Shown piece after piece: positions 59,665 through 64,000 of a DNA stretch of 64,000 bases. The position numbers were made by a program, and so were the translations under genes. The stretch's first letter is position 1. The number at the start of each line of letters is the position of its first letter. Under the pieces are notes generated by a model. It did not search any database. It saw only the letters and a program-made list of their open reading frames with translations, and was not told the DNA's origin. This DNA is from Flavobacteriales bacterium (GTDB lineage: Bacteria > Bacteroidota > Bacteroidia > Palsa-965): the NCBI GenBank assembly GCA_040377305.1, contig JBEIPA010000012.1, positions 32,001 to 96,000 on the forward strand. The letters run 5' to 3'.

Positions 59665-60729
59665 CTAATTTGAATCGATCAGGTCTGCAATCACAATATA
59701 ACCTTCCTGCGTAATCAGACTTTTCTGAATTCCTCCAATGAAACGCTTTCCGTTCGGACTGAATGAAACCAATCCTGTCCATCGTGCTTTGCCAACGTAC
59801 ATCAAATGGCCGGGCGTATTGAAAAAGGTTAAACGCTTTTTGTTCGTTCCATCCGCATTCATGATCCACCAATCCGTGCCTTTGTTGTCGTTGTCTTTGT
59901 TCGACATCCAGATGATGCGCTTTCCGTCGGGAGAGAAAACACCATGTTCGTTGTAATCGCCTTTGCCGGGAGTTCCTTGCGTGAGCTGTTGCAATTCTGT
60001 TCCGTCAATGTTCATGATATACAATTGACTCTGCCACGCCGATTTGGTTGTGAAGCTTCCGCAGAATATGATCTTCTTTCCATCGGGTGAAAATCCGTAA
60101 GCCTCTATGAAAGAATGATAACCGGGAAACAAATCTTTCGGGTGCTTGACAATCGGAATGCTGTCTACACCCCAACTGAATTCAGAAAGCTGCACCGACC
60201 AGAAACCAAAATGTCGTTCTGCATTCAGAATTCCCGGTCTGCGAAAACGATCGGTCCACATAATCTTAGTGCCGTCAGGGGAAAACTTCGGCATAATAAC
60301 TCCGTGATCGAAATCGTTGGGCAGCTCAATGAGTTTATACGCTTTTTTTCCGTCGGAAGAAATGAGCCAGATGTCGCAATACGCACCAAATCCCGGAAGA
60401 GAATTCGCTGAACTGCGCGGATGTACTTTCTTCTCTACAACCGCCAGCAACCATCTGCCGGAAGGATGCCAGGACATATTCGCAATGTGTCGGTTTGGAA
60501 GCAAGGGATGATCGCACGTAATGCAAACATCTTTCTTGCGATCGGGTGAAGCGATGTGAATGTCGTAATACATGTCTTTGCCTTTCACCGAATAGGCAAT
60601 CACGTTGCTGTCGACCGGACTCCACATGGCATCCAATGCAGTGTCCCGAAATTGTGTCACTTTAACGGTTTGTGCATACGTGTGCATGGAAATGCAAAGC
60701 GTGCCTAAAAAAATCAGCAGTTTACTCAT
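59665..60729 (-). CDS. TolB-like PD40-repeat beta-propeller protein
   Basis: Repeated FSPDGK motifs, YIMNIDG, signal peptide. Confidence 0.8.
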   Translation of the reverse strand: MSKLLIFLGTLCISMHTYAQTVKVTQFRDTALDAMWSPVDSNVIAYSVKGKDMYYDIHIASPDRKKDVCITCDHPLLPNRHIANMSWHPSGRWLLAVVEKKVHPRSSANSLPGFGAYCDIWLISSDGKKAYKLIELPNDFDHGVIMPKFSPDGTKIMWTDRFRRPGILNAERHFGFWSVQLSEFSWGVDSIPIVKHPKDLFPGYHSFIEAYGFSPDGKKIIFCGSFTTKSAWQSQLYIMNIDGTELQQLTQGTPGKGDYNEHGVFSPDGKRIIWMSNKDNDNKGTDWWIMNADGTNKKRLTFFNTPGHLMYVGKARWTGLVSFSPNGKRFIGGIQKSLITQEGYIVIADLIDSN

Positions 60730-60755
60730 ATGAAAGTATTTTCAACTTTTGAATT

Positions 60756-60810
60756 CCTGCCCGACTCTGTCATTCAGGCGGGCGTGAATCCTGACTAAAA
60801 AGTCAGGATT
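60756..60810. repeat. 27-bp mini-hairpin element plus adjacent palindrome
   Basis: cctgcccgactctgtcattcaggcggg (60756-60782); aatcctgact-aaaa-agtcaggatt (60787-60810). Confidence 0.5.
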
Positions 60811-60886
60811 TCATGGTGAGTGAATGTACCAATTTGACGGCTATCTGTTAACGATTGTTACACCTGTGGAGTAGAAGGGTTTATTC

Positions 60887-60894
60887 TATCTTTG
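60887..60894 (+). promoter_or_regulatory. Bacteroidota -7 promoter box TATCTTTG
   Basis: Exact match 5 nt before ATG 60900. Confidence 0.6.
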
Positions 60895-60899
60895 CTGCA

Positions 60900-61463
60900 A
60901 TGGAAAATTCGAACGGAAAGTCCCTTTTAATTACTGCACTACAGTATGCAGGTGTGCTTGCAGTAGTGATGGCGGTATTAACGCTGGTTTCATACCTTAC
61001 TGGATTATCTTATTTCTGGGGAGGTGCTATTGCGAATGTCCTCAAAGGAGTAGTTTTCCTCATTGGGTTCATTTTGGTTCTTGTCAATTGGAGGAAGAAA
61101 TCAGTGGAAATTACTTACAAGAACGCGTTCATGTTCGGTTCTCTAATTGTCATCGGTTATGTACTGATGATCACGATATTTGACTATATATTTTATGCTT
61201 TTATTGCACCTGACTTTTACAATGAGCTTCGTACACATACATTGCAAATGATGATTGAATACAATCTTCCTGAAGCACAGATTGACGAAACTGACGCGCA
61301 ATTTGAGAAAGGAATGGCTGGGGCAACACCAATCAAAATGAGTTTGAATACTGGGATTGCCCGTTTGGTAGCAGACCTTATTTTATTATCAATTGTTGCA
61401 ATTTTTCTTAGAAAGAAATTGCCAGTAGTACATGATTCATTGCCTTCTAATTCTCCGCAATAA
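60900..61463 (+). CDS. DUF4199-like membrane protein
   Basis: Four TM segments, YKNAFMFG, FIAPDF; located just before a GT2 gene. Confidence 0.7.
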   Translation: MENSNGKSLLITALQYAGVLAVVMAVLTLVSYLTGLSYFWGGAIANVLKGVVFLIGFILVLVNWRKKSVEITYKNAFMFGSLIVIGYVLMITIFDYIFYAFIAPDFYNELRTHTLQMMIEYNLPEAQIDETDAQFEKGMAGATPIKMSLNTGIARLVADLILLSIVAIFLRKKLPVVHDSLPSNSPQ

Positions 61464-61469
61464 TATAGT

Positions 61470-62435
61470 ATGCAGATTTCAGTAATAGTTCCGCTTTACA
61501 ACGAAGATGAATCGTTACCAGAGCTTCACGACTGGATCGTGAGAGTGATGGCGGCAAATAATTTTTCGTACGAAATTGTTTTTGTTGATGACGGAAGCAA
61601 GGACAAATCGTGGAAGGTGATTGAATCGTTGTCGGCTAAAAATCCTTGCGTGCGCGGAATCAAATTCCGTCGTAACTACGGGAAGTCGGCAGCACTGCAA
61701 ACCGGCTTCGAAGCGTGCAAAGGCGATGTGGTGATTACCATGGATGCGGATCTGCAGGATAGTCCTGACGAAATTCCTGATTTGTACAAACAGATCACGC
61801 AAGACGAATTCGATATTGTATCCGGATGGAAGCAGAAGCGTTTCGATCCTATCACGAAAACACTTCCTACGAAATTATTCAACTGGGCGGCGCGCAAAAT
61901 GTCGGGCATTTACCTGCACGATTTCAATTGCGGACTCAAAGCATATCGCTCTGATGTCGTGAAGAGCATTGAAGTGTATGGTGAAATGCATCGCTACATT
62001 CCGGTGATTGCAAAACGCGCTGGCTTTACGAAAATAGGTGAGAAGGTTGTTCAGCACCAATCACGGAAATACGGTACAACCAAATTCGGGTTGGAGCGTT
62101 TCGTGAATGGATTCCTCGATCTCGTTTCGATTTCATTCGTCACACGTTTCGGAAAAGCGCCCATGCATTTCTTTGGTTTGCTCGGAACACTGATTTTTAC
62201 ACTTGGATTTTTCTCCGCAGCGTGGCTGGGCGCTCACAAACTGTGGGTGATTTACTACGAGCATGGTACAGATGAACGGGTTACTGAAAGTGCGTGGTTC
62301 TACATTGCACTTACTTGCATCATTCTGGGTACGCAACTTTTCCTCGCAGGATTCTTAGCTGAATTAATCGGACGCAATTCGCCGGACAGAAATACTTACC
62401 TCGTCGAAAAGGAAGTCGGCGAAGGAATCGCCTGA
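61470..62435 (+). CDS. glycosyltransferase family 2 (polyprenol-phosphate sugar transferase-like)
   Basis: VIVPLYNE, VDDGSKD, RNYGKSAAL, MDADLQD, DFNCGLKAY; C-terminal TMs. Confidence 0.93.
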   Translation: MQISVIVPLYNEDESLPELHDWIVRVMAANNFSYEIVFVDDGSKDKSWKVIESLSAKNPCVRGIKFRRNYGKSAALQTGFEACKGDVVITMDADLQDSPDEIPDLYKQITQDEFDIVSGWKQKRFDPITKTLPTKLFNWAARKMSGIYLHDFNCGLKAYRSDVVKSIEVYGEMHRYIPVIAKRAGFTKIGEKVVQHQSRKYGTTKFGLERFVNGFLDLVSISFVTRFGKAPMHFFGLLGTLIFTLGFFSAAWLGAHKLWVIYYEHGTDERVTESAWFYIALTCIILGTQLFLAGFLAELIGRNSPDRNTYLVEKEVGEGIA

Positions 62436-62470
62436 TGACTGATAGCTAACGACTGATATAAAATAGTTGT

Positions 62471-62510
62471 ACAAAAAAAGAGTGAGTCAATTGGCTCACT
62501 CTTTTTTTGT
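62471..62510. terminator. bidirectional intrinsic terminator
   Basis: acaaaaaaagagtgagtc / ggctcactctttttttgt between convergent genes. Confidence 0.85.
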
Positions 62511-62529
62511 AGCTATCAGTCATCAGCTA

Positions 62530-63519
62530 TCAGTTTGTTGAAGCGCGGACTTTGTGTCCACTTTTTCCTGTACCCGTGTAAATCACACCCATTTCAAATC
62601 CTCCACGACGGCCACCGAAGTTTTTCAGGTTGCTGGTAACAACATCGTAGCTGATGCGGAATGTGTTTCCACCTTGTTTGAATCCGAGGTGAATAACGAT
62701 CGCATCTCTGTGACGGTATGATCCACCCGCGAGTAAGCTGTATTCCGATCCCGATACCGCGTAGTTTGCAAGTAATCCGGCGTTGATCTCCATTGCTTTT
62801 CGCTGGTACATGAAGAGAACATTCGGCGTGAAAGTCAAATCTTCTCTTGCGTGAATATCACATGCACCTGTTACCGCCCAACGAATTGGCAGACGATGTT
62901 TTTGACCTGTGAACGATTCATTCGGCATGGTCAAGTGATAAACACCGAGACCAATGGATGGATCAAACTTTCCGTTTTTATCAATGTATTTGTAGTACAT
63001 GCCGATGTTCGCATCAAAACGGAACATGTTGTAACGCGGGAATAATTCTCCGTCAGGAAGGTTTGGATCCAGTCCGTTCGTAGCGTCGTATTGATTCTCG
63101 AAGAGCAAAGCTGCATCGTTAAAACGCTTCTGGAAGAATCCAAGTTGCAAGCCTGCCGTAAGAATATGGTTTTTGCTTTTTGGATCAGTGATCTTATACG
63201 AACCGGATCCCATAAACTGAAACGTACCGAAGTTTGATGTACCTGCGATGTGATCCAATATTTGAACTCCAATTCCGAAACGATCATCCAAAGGCATATC
63301 CCACGATATACCAACAGAAGAGTACGGTTTCCCTTGCAGCTTTTGCCACTGAGAACGATAGCTTCCGCAGACCCGCATCTTCACGTTATCGTCGAAGAAC
63401 AATCCCGTAACTGCCGGATTGTAATACAACGGTTGCATTTCGTATTGCGAAAGGTGAAAGTCCTGCGACTTTGCATTGTATCCAATCAGGACGAGCAAAA
63501 TGACCAGTGTCTTTTTCAT
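62530..63519 (-). CDS. PorP/SprF-family T9SS outer-membrane protein
   Basis: QDFHLSQY...YYNPAVTG, YRSQW, ISYD, GGFE; alternative start 63549. Confidence 0.9.
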   Translation of the reverse strand: MKKTLVILLVLIGYNAKSQDFHLSQYEMQPLYYNPAVTGLFFDDNVKMRVCGSYRSQWQKLQGKPYSSVGISWDMPLDDRFGIGVQILDHIAGTSNFGTFQFMGSGSYKITDPKSKNHILTAGLQLGFFQKRFNDAALLFENQYDATNGLDPNLPDGELFPRYNMFRFDANIGMYYKYIDKNGKFDPSIGLGVYHLTMPNESFTGQKHRLPIRWAVTGACDIHAREDLTFTPNVLFMYQRKAMEINAGLLANYAVSGSEYSLLAGGSYRHRDAIVIHLGFKQGGNTFRISYDVVTSNLKNFGGRRGGFEMGVIYTGTGKSGHKVRASTN

Positions 63520-63567
63520 AATCGTGATGTGTGAAAAATAGTTCTTCATGTTTCAGTTCCTCCCCGT

Positions 63568-64000
63568 TTAGCGAATCAGTGTTACGTTACCGGAGAGATT
63601 AACCGGCTTTCCATCAATGGTTGTTCCGATGACCGTGTAGATGTATACACCGCCCGGCTGATCTTTGCCTTTGTATGTTCCGTCCCATCCTCCGTCAGGA
63701 TCTGTAGTGGAGTAAACCAGGTTGCCCCACTCATTGTAGATTCGGAAATCACACTCAGAGAATGGTCCACCTAATACGTGGAGCACATCATTCGTCTGGT
63801 CATTGTTCGGTGTGAATCCTGTTGGAATTGCAACCGGTGTGAGAATTTCTTCGGTAGGTGTAACTACAGAAACCGCAGTGTCTGTACATCCACCTGAACT
63901 GGTAATGATCAACGTCACCGTATAGCTTCCTGCAGTCTGATAGATTTGCGAAGGATTCTGTTGTGTGGATGTTGCTGTGTTTCCGAAATCCCAATACCAG
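63568..64000 (-). CDS. 3' end of a PKD-repeat protein with gliding-motility (type B, CHU_C) C-terminal domain; truncated by window edge
   Basis: WDFG PKD remnant; IPTGFTPNND..ND, IYNEWG, WDGTYKG, GNVTLIR. Confidence 0.88.
   Translation of the reverse strand, partial: WYWDFGNTATSTQQNPSQIYQTAGSYTVTLIITSSGGCTDTAVSVVTPTEEILTPVAIPTGFTPNNDQTNDVLHVLGGPFSECDFRIYNEWGNLVYSTTDPDGGWDGTYKGKDQPGGVYIYTVIGTTIDGKPVNLSGNVTLIR

Overview
This is a 64-kb chromosomal window from a Bacteroidota genome, judged from TAnnTTTG promoter boxes, many T9SS C-terminal-domain proteins, a PorP/SprF gene and a Bacteroidota-type SRP RNA. The right half is mostly ordinary: uvrA, a wza-wzc-rfbC-wecA-type polysaccharide block, transaldolase, ffs, saccharopine dehydrogenase and large T9SS adhesins. 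The notable feature is a non-canonical integron-like system on the minus strand at about 17.5-24.8 kb. An intact tyrosine recombinase (23804-24685) resembles IntI at both ends but lacks the IntI-specific insertion. Downstream of it, in the same orientation, lie a candidate attI hairpin and about ten single-ORF cassettes. These are separated by seven ~80-87-bp attC-like imperfect palindromes, one longer ~132-bp site of a different family and two eroded remnants. In six cassettes the two boundary sequences are reverse complements of each other and are cassette-specific, which is the expected footprint of excision and integration as circles. The sites decay with distance from the recombinase, and a GGA-N5-TCC (Bacteroidota SOS-box-like) palindrome lies upstream of the recombinase. 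Smaller oddities include nested mini-palindrome insertions, two SSKS-motif proteins coupled to a desaturase, and a 16x24-bp (GNTG)n linker in a SPOR/beta-barrel cluster. All product calls come from reading motifs by eye; no database searches or folding programs were run.
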